Positions 12,739-26,472 are shown, counted from the first letter of the stretch. The stretch: 64,000 nt of DNA from Schizosaccharomyces osmophilus (GCF_027921745.1 NC_079240.1:1426001-1490000); one strand, 5' to 3'. Numbers and translations are program-made. The notes: a model not told the origin generated them from the sequence alone.

Positions 12739-12981
12739 AGTAACATTTGGTATTTGTTGTTGGTAGAATTGGTTCTCAACCCATATCAAATCGGTCTGAT
12801 TCAGCTAGTTCGATTTTCCCCTTCAAAAGGGGCCACCAAACTCTTGTAAATATATATATGAAATTCTTGTTTTCTTCATACACATGGATAACTGATTTGA
12901 TGGATTTTTAATATAGGATACGTTCAGTGGGATAACCAATCCTACAAAACGGCGACTTAATAAATCCAAATCATTGCTAAA

Positions 12982-13716
12982 ATGATTTTGACGCGCTGGG
13001 ACGAAGTAGTAAGCGCTGATACTCAAGTACAAAATATTCAAACATTGGTGGAAGAGTACGACAGACTTGTTACAGCTACAAGACCGGTTTGGAAGGAGCA
13101 GTTGCGATATTTAATCACTTTGGGTTTATTCCTAAAAAACCGTAAAGGGAATGCATGGTTATATTTACTAGTACTTTGGAAGCTAATATCAGGCTCATTT
13201 TCTCAAAGCAGAACCAATTTACTTCGAAAAATTGAACGCGTTGGTAATGGATTTTTCACTATTATCGCCTTGTTTAAAGGTCTTGTTGCATTTCGGGGCC
13301 AAAAAACTTTTGTCAATATGATTCAAAGTTTTCTCAGTACTGAGAACATACTTCCAAACTTTGATGCTCATCATGAAGGACCCACAGGTATAATTGACCA
13401 AACAATTCTTATGCGACGAATTATCATGGGTCTATTTGACGGCTTATTCGAAACCCGTCTCCCGGCGACCGTATGGTTCAAGTATAAAGAACTTCAAAGC
13501 ACAGCAAAAAAAATTGACTGCCAGCCGAATGAATGTGCATTCTGTATTTTACGTGACGAGGACAACGCTACTCTCACAAATCCATACATTGCTAATTGCG
13601 GCCATACCTTTTGCTATGCCTGTGTCATGTCACGAAAAGAGCTAGTCGTCAATTTAACTTGTCCCATATGCTGGGCCAAGATTCATCGTTGCATCCCAAA
13701 CACCCAATATGGCTAA
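12982..13716 (+). CDS. C3HC4 RING-finger protein, probable E3 ligase (Pex2-like)
   Basis: C-terminal CAFC..TNPYIANCGHTFCYAC..CPIC; hydrophobic segments in the N-terminal half. Confidence 0.8.
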   Translation: MILTRWDEVVSADTQVQNIQTLVEEYDRLVTATRPVWKEQLRYLITLGLFLKNRKGNAWLYLLVLWKLISGSFSQSRTNLLRKIERVGNGFFTIIALFKGLVAFRGQKTFVNMIQSFLSTENILPNFDAHHEGPTGIIDQTILMRRIIMGLFDGLFETRLPATVWFKYKELQSTAKKIDCQPNECAFCILRDEDNATLTNPYIANCGHTFCYACVMSRKELVVNLTCPICWAKIHRCIPNTQYG

Positions 13717-13985
13717 ATTCAACCATCGACCTCTATGTTCTGCTAGTCTATATAACAAATTTCCACTTTTCTATATCAGCTAGAATAAAATGCGTATACT
13801 TACAAAAAGTACAGCAGTATTGAGAATTGTTTACTTCACATATCTACAGAATATGCCTACTTCTTACAATTTACTACGCAATGTCAGGTTACGCACCGAA
13901 AACAGTCTTATTTGATTTTCGATAATCAAGGAAGCTATATAGATAGAGCCGCTCAGACAAAGCTTTCCGGTTCAACCTTTACCCT

Positions 13986-14324
13986 TTACTTTTGGGAAGA
14001 CATTTGCTTAAGCTTTTGCTTGACAATCTTTTGTTCCTCGATCAAAAAGGCACGAATAATACGGTCCTTCACAGCATTGGCACTCAAATTACCGCCATAA
14101 GCACGTTGGACGGTCTTCTTGTTGTGGGAAAGACGAGCAAACTCACGAGGACGCAGAGCGGGGATACCTTGCAAAGGAACGCCTGTGTCACCGCAACGAG
14201 GGATGGTGCCAAGCTTCTTGATATGCAAGTTGCGTACTTTGTTACCAGGAGTCTTGATGATTCTGGTCTTGTTGCTACGAGTGTTGTAAGCAAGGCGACG
14301 GCGGTAGGTAACTCGTTGTGCCAT
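13986..14324 (-). CDS. rpl34: 60S ribosomal protein L34 (eL34)
   Basis: MAQRVTYRRRLAYNTRSN...KTVQRAYGG...DRIIRAFLIEEQKIVK; strongly biased codon usage. Confidence 0.98.
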   Translation of the reverse strand: MAQRVTYRRRLAYNTRSNKTRIIKTPGNKVRNLHIKKLGTIPRCGDTGVPLQGIPALRPREFARLSHNKKTVQRAYGGNLSANAVKDRIIRAFLIEEQKIVKQKLKQMSSQK

Positions 14325-14389
14325 TTTGATCTTTTTTTCGTTTGTTCTGCGCAGGTTCTTTTTTGTACCTCTTGAGCAATTGTGTTGAG

Positions 14390-14397
14390 TGTGACTG
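14390..14397 (-). promoter_or_regulatory. Homol D box (CAGTCACA) of rpl34
   Basis: TGTGACTG on + strand, about 66 nt upstream of the rpl34 ATG; the known fission-yeast ribosomal protein core promoter element. Confidence 0.85.
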
Positions 14398-14702
14398 TTT
14401 TTATTGTTCTATATGAACAGTTTACCTCATAAAACCAAATTAGCGCAATAGTTGAATCACACTAGTGCCTTATGTGCTTTAACGAACGTAGTCCACCGTG
14501 TGGAATGAAAGTAAAGTACTAAGTGTAGTAGCGTTGCTAGTCGACTTTGTTCTTTCAATAATCTCCTATTCAAGACTTTCTTAACGTATACCCTTTTGTT
14601 TGATTATTTCTTTTTGTTTACTCTTTTTCTTTTCATCTGTTTGTACAAATTAGCTTTTTTTCTGGGAAACCACGCGTTTTTGTGTAATATCGGCCATCTC
14701 TA

Positions 14703-15080
14703 ATGAGTCAACAAGCACATCCTGCCAAATCCATTGAAGGTTACATTATAATTGTAACTGGTTTGCATCCTGAGACTTCTGAAGAACAACTTGAAGACTT
14801 GTTTGCAGACTTCGGTCCTGTTAGAAACCTGCATCTGAATTTGGATCGACGAACGGGTTATGTCAAGGGATATGCATTGATTGAGTTTGCTGAACTAGGG
14901 CAAGCAGAAGAGGTCGTCCGTCAAAAATCTTTAATGCTATTAGACAGGAAACTAGAAGTTGACTTTGCATTTCTAGAACCTCCTGCACGTCCTCGCAGAT
15001 CCTCTTTAAATTCTCGTAGTCGTAGTCCTTCGCCTCGACCCAGTCGCCATGATCATGATATTGCCATGGAAGAATCGTAA
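14703..15080 (+). CDS. rbm8: Exon junction complex RRM subunit Y14/RBM8
   Basis: PAKSIEGYIIIVTGLHPE...FADFGPVRNLHLNLDRRTGYVKGYALIEF, followed by an RS-rich tail. Confidence 0.95.
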   Translation: MSQQAHPAKSIEGYIIIVTGLHPETSEEQLEDLFADFGPVRNLHLNLDRRTGYVKGYALIEFAELGQAEEVVRQKSLMLLDRKLEVDFAFLEPPARPRRSSLNSRSRSPSPRPSRHDHDIAMEES

Positions 15081-16236
15081 TGCATTGAAAAATTTGGTTA
15101 AACGGGTACATTCGTGTCATTTGTGGATTCCATTCGTTCAACACTCAATAAAAGTTTTGCTTTTTTGGAAATGCTAATAAGATTGCACAGGTAATACCAG
15201 TGATCAAGAAAGGTTGCTTCATACTCACTCAAGTAAGTACGAAAGGGGCGGGAAAATATAATCAATTAGGACCCATACAACGCATCAGGTCCACCAGGTG
15301 CTTTGTTTACATTTGCCCAATATGCAACATGCTTTGGAAAGAGTACAAGCTAAACTCATATGGCAACACAATTACTTTTTTATAAATTGGGCATAAGTTG
15401 GAAAACCCCTTACGAAATGGACAAAGGTTTTGTATGGTATATGATTTTATCTTCCTTATTTCGGCTTTAAAATAGAATACAGAGGAACTATGGATTTTCT
15501 TTCTTTTAACAATCGTTATTGTTTAATGAACCAAGTTGTTATATGCTAAGATGTCAGATCTGTGAAATAGGTAATAATGTCTGTTTATGAATATGCCTGG
15601 TTTATTTATAAGAGTGGTTCCAACAAGTATCCTCAGTGAAAGGATTCCTACTGTTTTCATCCAATCTTACAAACTTAGTCATTTAGAGGAAGTAAAAGTC
15701 GTAACGAAGTTACATTGAACGACTATAAAATCCTTCGAAATAGTTGCTTGTACTAGATTACCATAACCAAGGGTTTTGAGCTGCATGTCAAGCGTTTTAA
15801 AGCTTACACCTAAGAGCAAAGGCAAGGAGAACAACTTTAAATGTCAAAGATGCGAGCACGTTTAGGTACGTGATTCTTATTCCTTCAGGGTAGCCATTCT
15901 CCTGTTCATTCAACAGAAAGTGAAGCTTTTCGCATACACCTTCCCCCAAGTTCGGGAGTGGAACACATTGTAAAATTTTACAAGATAATATATAATGTTT
16001 GTTTGTTTGGCGCCTCTTTTAGCTAGTTTTTATTAAGCCTATGAAAACTTCTAACCTTTCTCAAATTTTCTTTTCTTTTTCTTGTCCAATAGATATCGCC
16101 ATAGAGAGGTATCGATAATGACGGGAAACGACTTTATATACTCCATGTAATGATACTAGCCTAGTTTTCGATAATATTACTATAACGAAAGGGAGGCAAT
16201 TTGCCATCCATAATTGAAGTTTCCATTGCCAGGAAA

Positions 16237-16263
16237 TGTGACTGCGCTTTGGCCTATATAAAG
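16237..16263 (+). promoter_or_regulatory. Inverted Homol D (TGTGACTG) plus TATA box of the eEF1A gene
   Basis: TGTGACTG 16237-16244 and TATATAAA from 16255, 80-110 nt upstream of ATG 16346. Confidence 0.7.
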
Positions 16264-16345
16264 GTGAAGGGATCCACTTTCGTCCCTTGTCTGCAACACC
16301 GTAAGCCAAGCGCTACAACTTGCAATTTTTATTTGATTCAACAAT

Positions 16346-17728
16346 ATGGGTAAAGAAAAGGGACACATTAACATTGTCGTTATCGGTCACGTCGATTCTG
16401 GTAAGTCTACCACCACCGGTCACTTGATTTACAAGTGCGGTGGTATCGACAAGCGTACCATTGAAAAGTTCGAGAAGGAAGCCACCGAATTGGGTAAGGG
16501 TTCCTTCAAGTACGCCTGGGTTTTGGACAAGCTCAAGGCCGAACGTGAGCGTGGTATCACCATCGACATTGCCCTCTGGAAGTTCGAAACTCCCAAGTAC
16601 TATGTTACTGTTATCGATGCCCCTGGTCACCGTGACTTCATCAAGAACATGATTACTGGTACTTCTCAAGCTGACTGTGCCATCCTCATCATTGGTGGTG
16701 GTACTGGTGAATTTGAAGCTGGTATCTCTAAGGACGGTCAAACTCGTGAGCACGCTTTGCTTGCCTACACTTTGGGTGTCAAGCAACTCATTGTTGCCGT
16801 CAACAAGATGGATTCCGTTCAATACTCTCAAGCTCGTTTTGAGGAAATTATCAAGGAGACCTCCAACTTCGTCAAGAAGGTCGGTTTCAACCCCAAGACC
16901 GTTCCTTTCGTCCCCGTCTCTGGTTTCCAAGGTGACAACATGATTGAGCCTACCTCTAACATGACCTGGTACCAAGGCTGGCAAAAGGAGAGCAAGGCTG
17001 CTGGTGTCGTTAAGGGTAAGACTCTTTTGGAAGCCATTGACGCCATTGAGCCTCCTGTCCGTCCCGTTGAGAAGCCCCTCCGTCTTCCTCTTCAAGATGT
17101 TTACAAGATCGGTGGTATCGGTACAGTCCCCGTCGGTCGTGTTGAAACCGGTACTATCAAGCCCGGTATGATCGTCAGCTTTGCCCCCGCTGGTATCACC
17201 ACTGAGGTTAAGTCCGTCGAAATGCACCACGAGTCTCTCCAAGCTGGTCTTCCTGGTGACAACGTCGGTTTCAACGTCAAGAACGTTTCCGTAAAGGATA
17301 TCCGTCGTGGTAATGTTGCTGGTGACTCCAAGAATGACCCTCCTATGGGCTGTGCTAACTTCACCGCTCAAGTTATCATTCTTAACCACCCCGGTCAAAT
17401 CTCCGTTGGTTACTCTCCTGTCTTGGATTGCCACACTTCTCACATTGCTTGCCGTTTCAACGAGCTCATTGAGAAGATTGACCGTCGTACCGGTAAGAAG
17501 ATTGAAGAAGCTCCCAAGTACGTCAAGTCCGGTGATGCTTGTATCGCACAAATGCTTCCTAGCAAGCCTATGTGCGTTGAAGCTTTCACTGACTACGCTC
17601 CTCTTGGCCGTTTCGCCGTCCGTGACATGCGTCAAACCGTCGCTGTAGGTGTTATCAAGGCTGTTGAGAAGTCTGCCCCTGGCCAAGCTAAGGTTACCAA
17701 GGCTGCCCAAAAGGCTGGTAAGAAATAA
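16346..17728 (+). CDS. tef102: Translation elongation factor 1-alpha (eEF1A)
   Basis: [47 protein letters not shown]. Paralog number from recalled synteny only. Confidence 0.97.
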   Translation: MGKEKGHINIVVIGHVDSGKSTTTGHLIYKCGGIDKRTIEKFEKEATELGKGSFKYAWVLDKLKAERERGITIDIALWKFETPKYYVTVIDAPGHRDFIKNMITGTSQADCAILIIGGGTGEFEAGISKDGQTREHALLAYTLGVKQLIVAVNKMDSVQYSQARFEEIIKETSNFVKKVGFNPKTVPFVPVSGFQGDNMIEPTSNMTWYQGWQKESKAAGVVKGKTLLEAIDAIEPPVRPVEKPLRLPLQDVYKIGGIGTVPVGRVETGTIKPGMIVSFAPAGITTEVKSVEMHHESLQAGLPGDNVGFNVKNVSVKDIRRGNVAGDSKNDPPMGCANFTAQVIILNHPGQISVGYSPVLDCHTSHIACRFNELIEKIDRRTGKKIEEAPKYVKSGDACIAQMLPSKPMCVEAFTDYAPLGRFAVRDMRQTVAVGVIKAVEKSAPGQAKVTKAAQKAGKK

Positions 17729-18080
17729 GTTCTTACTAAATAGGTTTTGAAATAAAAGCGATTTGATGAATTAGTTGCATTTGTTTGTAGTACGTATAAA
17801 AAGTAGTTCATTGATTGTAGTAAGTATATTTACACCGTGCAGGTACAACGGTTGAGTCATCTAAAGTTAAATTTGTAAAGTCTGACTATAGGGGAACAGA
17901 ATAAATTGTTGTTCAATTGAACATTCTTTGAATTGTAGAAACGTTGCTACAGCACTTAGCCTTTTCCAGACCTGTAGCAAAATTCAAAAATTCATACATA
18001 GTGCGAATACGTTAGGATACGAAACTTATTTGGAGGGCGCTTCGTTATGACACATTAAACTAAAATGTTCGCCTAAAAAG

Positions 18081-18088
18081 CAGTCACA
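18081..18088 (+). promoter_or_regulatory. Homol D box (CAGTCACA) of rpl16
   Basis: Exact CAGTCACA about 50 nt upstream of ATG 18138. Confidence 0.85.
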
Positions 18089-18137
18089 AAAGTACTGTGC
18101 ACAATTCTGCAAAGATCAACAATTCATCCAGCACACA

Positions 18138-18787
18138 ATGTCGGAATTCCAGAAGGTCGTTGTGATTGACGCTAAGGGGTAAGAATGAATGTAGATGATA
18201 GAAAATGAGAGGATTATACTGACAAAGAATTTAGTCATCTCCTTGGACGTTTGGCATCTGTTGTCGCCAAGCAGCTTTTGGGCGGTCAAAAGGTTGTCGT
18301 TGTTCGCTGCGAAGAGCTGAACATTTCTGGCAGCTTCTTCCGTAACAAGCTTAAGTACCTCGCCTACTTGCGCAAGTCTTGCCGTTACAACCCTACTCGT
18401 GGTGCTTTCCACTTCCGTGCTCCTTCTCGTATCTTCCAGAAGGCTGTTCGTGGTATGCTTCCCCACAAGAGCCCTCGTGGTCAAGCTGCTTTGGAACACT
18501 TGCAAGCTGTTGAAGGTGTTCCCCCTCCTTTCGACAAGCAAAAGCGTGTTGTTGTCCCTGCTGCCCTTCGTGTCTTGCGCCTTAAGCCCGGCCGTAAGTA
18601 CTGCACTGTCGGTCGCCTTTCTTCCGAGGTTGGCTGGAAGTACGCCGACGTTGTTTCTAAGTTGGAGGAACGCAGAAAGGTTAAGAGCGCTGCTTTTTAC
18701 CAAGCCAAGCATTCCAAGCAAAAGAAGGTTACTGCCGCCAAGTCTGCTTCTTCTATCAACCAAAAACTTGCTTCCTATGGATACTAA
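18138..18787 (+). CDS. rpl16: 60S ribosomal protein L16/uL13; 2 exons
   Basis: Exon 1 18138-18178 ([14 protein letters not shown]); intron 18179-18234 (GTAAGA..CTGAC..TAG); exon 2 continues [15 protein letters not shown]...RAPSRIF. Confidence 0.97.
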
Positions 18788-19117
18788 ATGAGCATCTTCG
18801 CTTCTCCTGTTTTTGCCCTATTAGCTATGTAGGAAACTGAAATATGAGCACCAAGTCCCTTTTTGTTACTATATGTATTGTAAATACTTAATTCCTGGTG
18901 TTTAGCGTGTAATTATACAAGCTGCTTTTTCTTGTATTTTCTACTGAATACTTCATGTAGACAACCTCTTGTTACCATACATTGCAATTTTTCAACAGCG
19001 TCAAGTAAATGCTAAACAAAAAAGCCCAAATGTATTTATCTATAACTACAATGATTGCTTACGCATAGTAGGACTCCAGCAATTTTCTTGCTTCTATTTT
19101 AACGTTGTTGATCAAAA

Positions 19118-20950
19118 TTAAACCCAAAGTGTCAAATCCAATTCAACAGCAGATGCTGCAATGGACAGTTCAAATTTTTCCAGTACAAGGGGATGGACAA
19201 CACCAAATGTACCCACACGCACACCAGCAGTACCGGGATCCTTACGATAGTATACAGCTGCACAACGACCAGGGAAGAAGGTAGCATCATCATCAGGTAC
19301 AATCCAATAACCACGAGCGTCAGATTCTATAGGATTAAAAATGCGCTTCTCGTTGAGCATAAGCATCATACGATCGAGCAAGCCGTGAATCTGTTCAAAA
19401 CCGGAATTCAAACCAGCTTGAATAGCACAAAAGTGTCGCTCGTTTCTTGTCATGCGTTCTTGAGTTTCATCGATGAAAGCAACGTCGCTGACTTCAAATA
19501 TTTTTATGGGCAAGGCATGAGTACGGTTTTCACGAGTAGTCTTAAGAATACCAGGCAAAAGACTGGAACGAACAACTTGGAATTCTAAAGTCTTGGGGTT
19601 GGCTAGTTGGATGGCACGAGAGTCATCGGATTTCCGTAACCAAGCATAATTCTCATCATGAGAGCAAAGAATGAAAGGTAAAACTTCGGACCAGCCAGCG
19701 AGAGCAGCCTCATGTCGAACGATATCAGACAAACGATTGACCTCTAAAGGCTTACCATAGGTGACACTTTGGTCAGGGTAGGTATGTTTAAGGTTGTCAT
19801 AACCGTAAGAAATACCAAGATCTTCCATGATATCGCATTGGTGAAGAATATCAGCTCTGGTACATGGGACGTCAACCAAAATGGTCTTCTCGTCAGAAGG
19901 ATTAGGCTGAGCTTGAAGCAGCATACGAGAAAGAAGACGGCAGATTTCCTCACGAGGCAAAGAAATGCCACAGCATTGGTTCAAATAGTCGGTTTCGGCT
20001 TCAAAACGGACAGGTGTTAGGTTAGGAGTCATGCGGGAGCACTTGTTATGCTCAGATACAACCTCGACAGGTTCAATGGTGAAGGGTTCATCGCAATAGC
20101 AAGTAAACATAACAGTCATCATGTTCATGACGATGTCAAGCTTGGTCTTATCGGTAGCGGTGCATTCAATAAATACATCATTGGTGTCAACACTGATCTT
20201 GCTAAAATCACTGTTGATAATGGGAGGAAGGGAGCAGACACGACGCTTGGCATCCAAAATGACGGGGTATCTGGGAGAGTCAGCAACCAAGTGCAAGTAG
20301 CGGCCGAGATGCTTGCTGTCCTTGTAAAATTCCAAGAGCTCCGTTCCGTTGATGTTACGGGTTTGGCCAAGGGGAACGAAATTAATTTCTTCCGGCTTCA
20401 AGGCCTCATAGGTGAAAGGGCCCTCAATCTTGGAAAAATCATGAGTGCCAATGGCTACCAAACTTCTTTGACGGCACAAGTTGGAGTGTAGCTTGTCTTG
20501 AAGAGCAATGAAACTCTGATATCTAATAGGATCAAATTTCACACCCCGCAAGATGGCCGCGGCACAATAAGGACGAACATCAGCAGTTTCAGGTGAAATT
20601 TTAAGAGAAGTAGTAGCAGGCAGGAACTTGTATTGGGGAGGATCCATACGGCGGTTAAAGACATTCAGAGCTTGAGCAATGCCCTCCATACAAAGCATAT
20701 CATAGCGATTAGCAGCAATCTCGATCTTCAAAGCAGGTCGCTCTGAAGGATCTCTTTCGGGATCATTTGTAGTATCCTCGTCAAGCTCAATACCATACTT
20801 AAAGCATAATTCATCAAATTCCTGCGTAGCTATTTTATATGTTAGCTACTGATTTCGAAAGACTTTTTTTTTCTACCAAGTTTTTCACGTACTGTAAGTT
20901 TTTCCCAATGCTTTATATAGCTCTTCCTTATCACAGGCGATAGTTGGCAT
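19118..20950 (-). CDS. frs1: Cytosolic phenylalanyl-tRNA synthetase beta subunit; 2 exons
   Basis: Exon 1 20950-20893 (MPTIACDKEELYKALGKTY); intron 20892-20830 (GTACGT..GCTAAC..TAG); then EFDELCFKYGIELDED, KIEIAANRYDMLC, RADILHQCDIMED, NPKTLEFQVVR. Confidence 0.95.
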
Positions 20951-21219
20951 TTTGCTCCAAATCCAAAATCTCCAAGGAATCCGTGGTAAACCGAAGTTAT
21001 TTCTGCTCAGGTATACCTATTGTCCGGGAAGGGTACTACAGTTTTTGGTCGGGTAACAATGTTGTTCCATTAAAAGATAAAAAAAATTTAAGACGAAGCA
21101 AGCAAAATGTACGTTTAATATAAAAGGAATTTTTTAAATTTACTGTAATATTTCTATAAAATAAAGGGCCTATGAAATATTAATAATGGGAACCCAAGTG
21201 CAAGAAATACGTTTCCTCC

Positions 21220-22434
<1,215 letters not shown>

Positions 22435-23265
22435 TTAATTTGTAACTATTAAAAGAGGATCTAGTAAGCCGTACTCGTATGTATGGCTCAGAATCGCAAA
22501 AAGCAAATTTATCAAATAAAAGAAAGATGGATGGTACGAAGAAAGTAAGTTCCTTTCTTAGTGCTTTGAGGTCTGTAAGTCAATATTCACAATAAGTAAC
22601 AAGTATCGCAACAAGTGGTTCTATTATGACAACACAGTTTCGTTTAGTAAAAATTCAATCATTTGAACGAACATAAAAAATAAATATTAAAAAAAATAAA
22701 CAGACAACTATCGTATAATTGAGATTTTCTTACTTTTCTTTCATGGTATGCTGTTCCTAAAAAAAAGTTATTTGCAGTAAAAAGTAGAAGACTTTATGAT
22801 GGTCGGTCATTTTTTCATTGAAAATTGGTCAAGGTATGAAAGCAAAGTCATACACAAACAGTTAAATTAGTCGGGTGTTTTCCAATGCGTCCATCGCTTT
22901 TCTCTTTTATTGTGGACATCTTGAAGCAAATGATCTTACCATTCGATTAGTGAAGAGATGTTGAATGGGGAAAAAAACTGTGTAGCGTTATGCCCTTTGC
23001 CATTACCATGCTATACTTTCCAATCTTGATCTAGCTATTCACAACATTTCATGTATACACACACCGTACGTTCACTCATTCTCGCTCTTGATAATATAAT
23101 ATGTCTTTTCTGTACGCTAATAATCATGATACCATTTAAACCGTAAACAAATTAAAATACACTTCCATAAAATTTTATCAGAGGGAATACAAAACAAGCT
23201 TGAAGCTGTCCCGAATCTGGCACCCCGTTGTAGTTAAAACATCAACAAAGGGAAAAACATATTCA

Positions 23266-23949
23266 TCACCTTAAAAACCAGAAAAACATGGATATAATCG
23301 GCCAAACAATCCTTTTCCATACAAGATAAAACACAACAAAGACAAAGAAGCCGAAACCTGAAATAACAAGATAATAATCTTTCCGGTCATTTAATTTGAG
23401 CGATCTCATTATATTTTTGCTTGCATGCAACACGTCTTCGACACTAAAATATTTTTCCTGTAAGCTCTCCAATAAAGTAGTACTTGAAGCAAGTTCATTG
23501 GAATTTGCTGCACTCACGTCCACCGCTTGAACCATTTGTACATGAAGGTCCCTCATTGCAGTAGTCACTTGGCTTGCACTTGTCAAGTGCATATCATCGG
23601 TCGTCGCAAGCTCAGGTTCTTCCTGCCCTATAACTTCAGTCTTTCCAGATGGTGGATCCTGAGATTCCTGAGACTCCTCAGCAAGAGCGCTCACTTCCGA
23701 CACAATGGACACCCAAGGAATCCCAGCTGCAACCTTGTCTCTGAATCGCCTTCTTAATCGCAAATACTCCTGAACTGATTTTTCATAGCGCAAAGTTAAA
23801 TCCAAGCTCACAGACGAGTATTCGAGTTCCACACGGGCCAACTCCCATAATCGCCGGAAATCACGAAGGTGAAGTTTTAATTCTTGGGAAGTCTCTGCCC
23901 TTTGCAGCTCAGTCACCTTTGATTCCAGCAAATGCAAGATTTCTGCCAT
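23266..23949 (-). CDS. sec20: ER SNARE Sec20
   Basis: ATG at 23949 (the track extends to an upstream GTG). Coiled-coil SNARE segment and C-terminal TM in the pattern DRKDYY..GFGFFVFVVFYLVWKRI. Confidence 0.8.
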   Translation of the reverse strand: MAEILHLLESKVTELQRAETSQELKLHLRDFRRLWELARVELEYSSVSLDLTLRYEKSVQEYLRLRRRFRDKVAAGIPWVSIVSEVSALAEESQESQDPPSGKTEVIGQEEPELATTDDMHLTSASQVTTAMRDLHVQMVQAVDVSAANSNELASSTTLLESLQEKYFSVEDVLHASKNIMRSLKLNDRKDYYLVISGFGFFVFVVFYLVWKRIVWPIISMFFWFLR

Positions 23950-24249
23950 GGGCTGTTTAATTATGCAACAATGGGCTCCAGATGAATAGAAAGCAAGGCA
24001 AATTCCCAAATAATTAAGTTTTTCAAATAAATAAAGTAAAAAAGGGTACTCTCTTTGAAAGTTGCAAGCAAATTGCCTGTTTACTTTTCTCACACCATAC
24101 AGCGTGGTACTTGGGTAGTAAAGGCAGAGGATCCAAGAAAGGAGGATAGTGACCCATAAAGTGCTATAAAGAAAAACCAGTTTTCGCGCAAAAAGATTTG
24201 CTTTGTTCTCGTATAAAAACTATATTCAAATGTTCATTTCAAACCAAAA

Positions 24250-24861
24250 TCAACCTGGCTTTTGATTTTTCTCTACTGAATTTCCGGGATGTTCGACAAT
24301 GTCACCAATAACTTCTTTGGAGCCAACAGGAAGTCCTTGAAGAAGCATGCGAACGTGTTCAACGTCTTCGGATTCCAGTTTTGATTGAAAATTAGCTTCT
24401 TTTTTTGGATCGAAGCGATGTTGCAAGATTTCTCGAGCGCGTTCACGAATCCAGAGAGGCTCGTCACTTAAATTCACCATAAAGCTACAACTATTCAAAA
24501 AGCAATTTTTAGAACAGTAATAGTTCAATCCTGCATAACGCACCATCCCTTGGTTTTCGAGACGATAACGCGTCTGTTGTCGCGGCGCGTTCTCACAAAC
24601 GGGATAGCCGCATATATGCGCGAGTTTTCGCTCCTTGACAATTTGATCGTAATCAGACTTTCTCAAAAATTCGCGAGCTTCATCCAATGTGCGTTCATCA
24701 ACAGGATCAACGAGTTTTTCAATCCACTCCAACACAAAATTATCATATTCCAATCGATTTTTCGCTTCTTGTAGGAGATCTTTCGACCATTTGTTTAATT
24801 GGTTTTTCTTCTGCACTTCCACACTCTCCTTTTTCTTCAAAATTGATTTTTGAGAAGACAT
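24250..24861 (-). CDS. rtr1: RNA polymerase II-associated Rtr1/RPAP2
   Basis: YDQIVKER...CGYPVC...YCSKNC...LSDEPLWIRE, the Rtr1/RPAP2 zinc motif. Confidence 0.9.
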   Translation of the reverse strand: MSSQKSILKKKESVEVQKKNQLNKWSKDLLQEAKNRLEYDNFVLEWIEKLVDPVDERTLDEAREFLRKSDYDQIVKERKLAHICGYPVCENAPRQQTRYRLENQGMVRYAGLNYYCSKNCFLNSCSFMVNLSDEPLWIRERAREILQHRFDPKKEANFQSKLESEDVEHVRMLLQGLPVGSKEVIGDIVEHPGNSVEKNQKPG

Positions 24862-26472
24862 GGATTGCGACCACAGTCGTTTGGCATAGAGAAGATTTTT
24901 AAATCACTAACCATAACCGATGGGAACTTTTGTATGTTATGAGACCTTAATATGGAATAAGGAGGATTTGCATATTTGTTATGATGCATTAAGGATACAT
25001 AACGAGACATAGCATCAGTCTGGTTTTCTTGTGGATAGAACGGGAAGAATTTATCATTTAGCTTGAGAAAATAGAATGAGAAGCATATAAAGGAATGTTT
25101 TCTCTTTGTTTGAGTAACCGAAAACCTTGAAACGAATTTGATATGAATGTTTACTAAGGAAGTTCACCCGAGTGCCTTGATAAATAAACACAAAAGCTAA
25201 TGTAAATGGAACAAGAAATTACCTTGAGGTGTTGATCATTGGCAAGAATTCCTCTACGAGAATACTAATGTTGTGGAGTAGCTGTGGCTTCAAATTCCAG
25301 AATTTGTTGCATTCGTTTCAATAATTGTTTTCTTTTTACAAAAAGGCATATTCCGCTTGGATGACAGTTTTACATTTAACGAATATACTGGCATTGGGAG
25401 CTTTGTTAGAAGAAAAAGTAGAAACAAAACTTTTTCACAATTAGAGTAAAAAAGCACTTGTCGCGAGTGTAAAAAATTGTCATTCCTTACTCGATACGTC
25501 TGCATAAAGAAGCTTTGTCTTCCCAAAATACAAATCGCCTCTCCTATTTTCTGGTCCTTTGTCTTTCAAATTATCTTTATGGATATCTGTATATGTATTT
25601 ATATAGATTGTAGTTATTTCGCAAACGGCTTCCCTACTCCTCCAGCCTGTCATGATCTAAAGTTTTAAAGGAAGCAACGTAAATATCATCTCCTTCTATT
25701 GACACAATGCTTTGACACCAAGTTCACCATTGTTTTTACGACCAAACCACCATCCACACACTCTCCATTCTCTTTTAACCTTTTCTAGGGTCGTAAACAA
25801 CATCATAGAACATCCATTTTCAGGTCATTATTTACTATTTCTATTCAGATATCACAGTCGGATATTGGGTCTCCTTTATTTTGACCAGCTTGCCTTTTAT
25901 TTCAGTCTTTCCAAGTCTATATTTACAAGAGCTGGCTCACTTCATGGTCTTCTCTTTTACCTTATCAAGAAGCTTGCCCTTGTGACCTCATTCCTGTTCC
26001 CATACTACATCCGGCCACTTCTTTCAAGGGTCCCAATGAGTTACAACCTTAAAGAGTGGTGACCTTCGACAACCACCGATCCTACACCTACCTACTACCA
26101 CCATTTCCAACAACACCGCACTGTAAACAGAGGATTACTGTCTCTCTTCACCTTGACAGGATTTAATTCTTGAATTTACCTATTCCTATATAAAAGTGGG
26201 TTTTATATTTTTATTTTTTTTTATTTATCACGGTCGTTTACGGATCTAAACACTTTCAACACTACTACTCTTTCATAATTGCTCGATTCTTCCTTATAAC
26301 TGTTTTATCTAATTCTGAACCGTCATCTATAACGTTCGAAACAATCCCGAAAACACTGGCTTTCCTTCGACTGGTGTGGATACAGATTCCGTTTAACCGC
26401 CGTTGAGTTCAGCGAACTATAAAGAAGGTTTTATTTAAAATATAGGTTCTTGTTTTAGTTTCTTTATTTTCA

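Noticed and set aside
16313..17710. 465-aa antisense ORF spanning eEF1A
   Set aside because: Expected mirror ORF from extreme codon bias in a highly expressed gene (few TTA/CTA/TCA codons); no independent protein features.
18116..18763. 215-aa antisense ORF over rpl16, and similar ones over rpl34 and tif51
   Set aside because: Same codon-bias artefact.
23950..24093. GTG-initiated N-terminal extension of sec20, and other TTG/GTG starts in the ORF track
   Set aside because: Eukaryotic locus; downstream ATGs or spliced first exons give the expected N-termini.
25290..26062. Short ORFs in the rtr1-bbc1 gap, and the 63-aa hydrophobic ORF at 30030-30221
   Set aside because: No family motifs; composition typical of AT-rich intergenic or UTR sequence. 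A small gene cannot be fully excluded without ribosome profiling.
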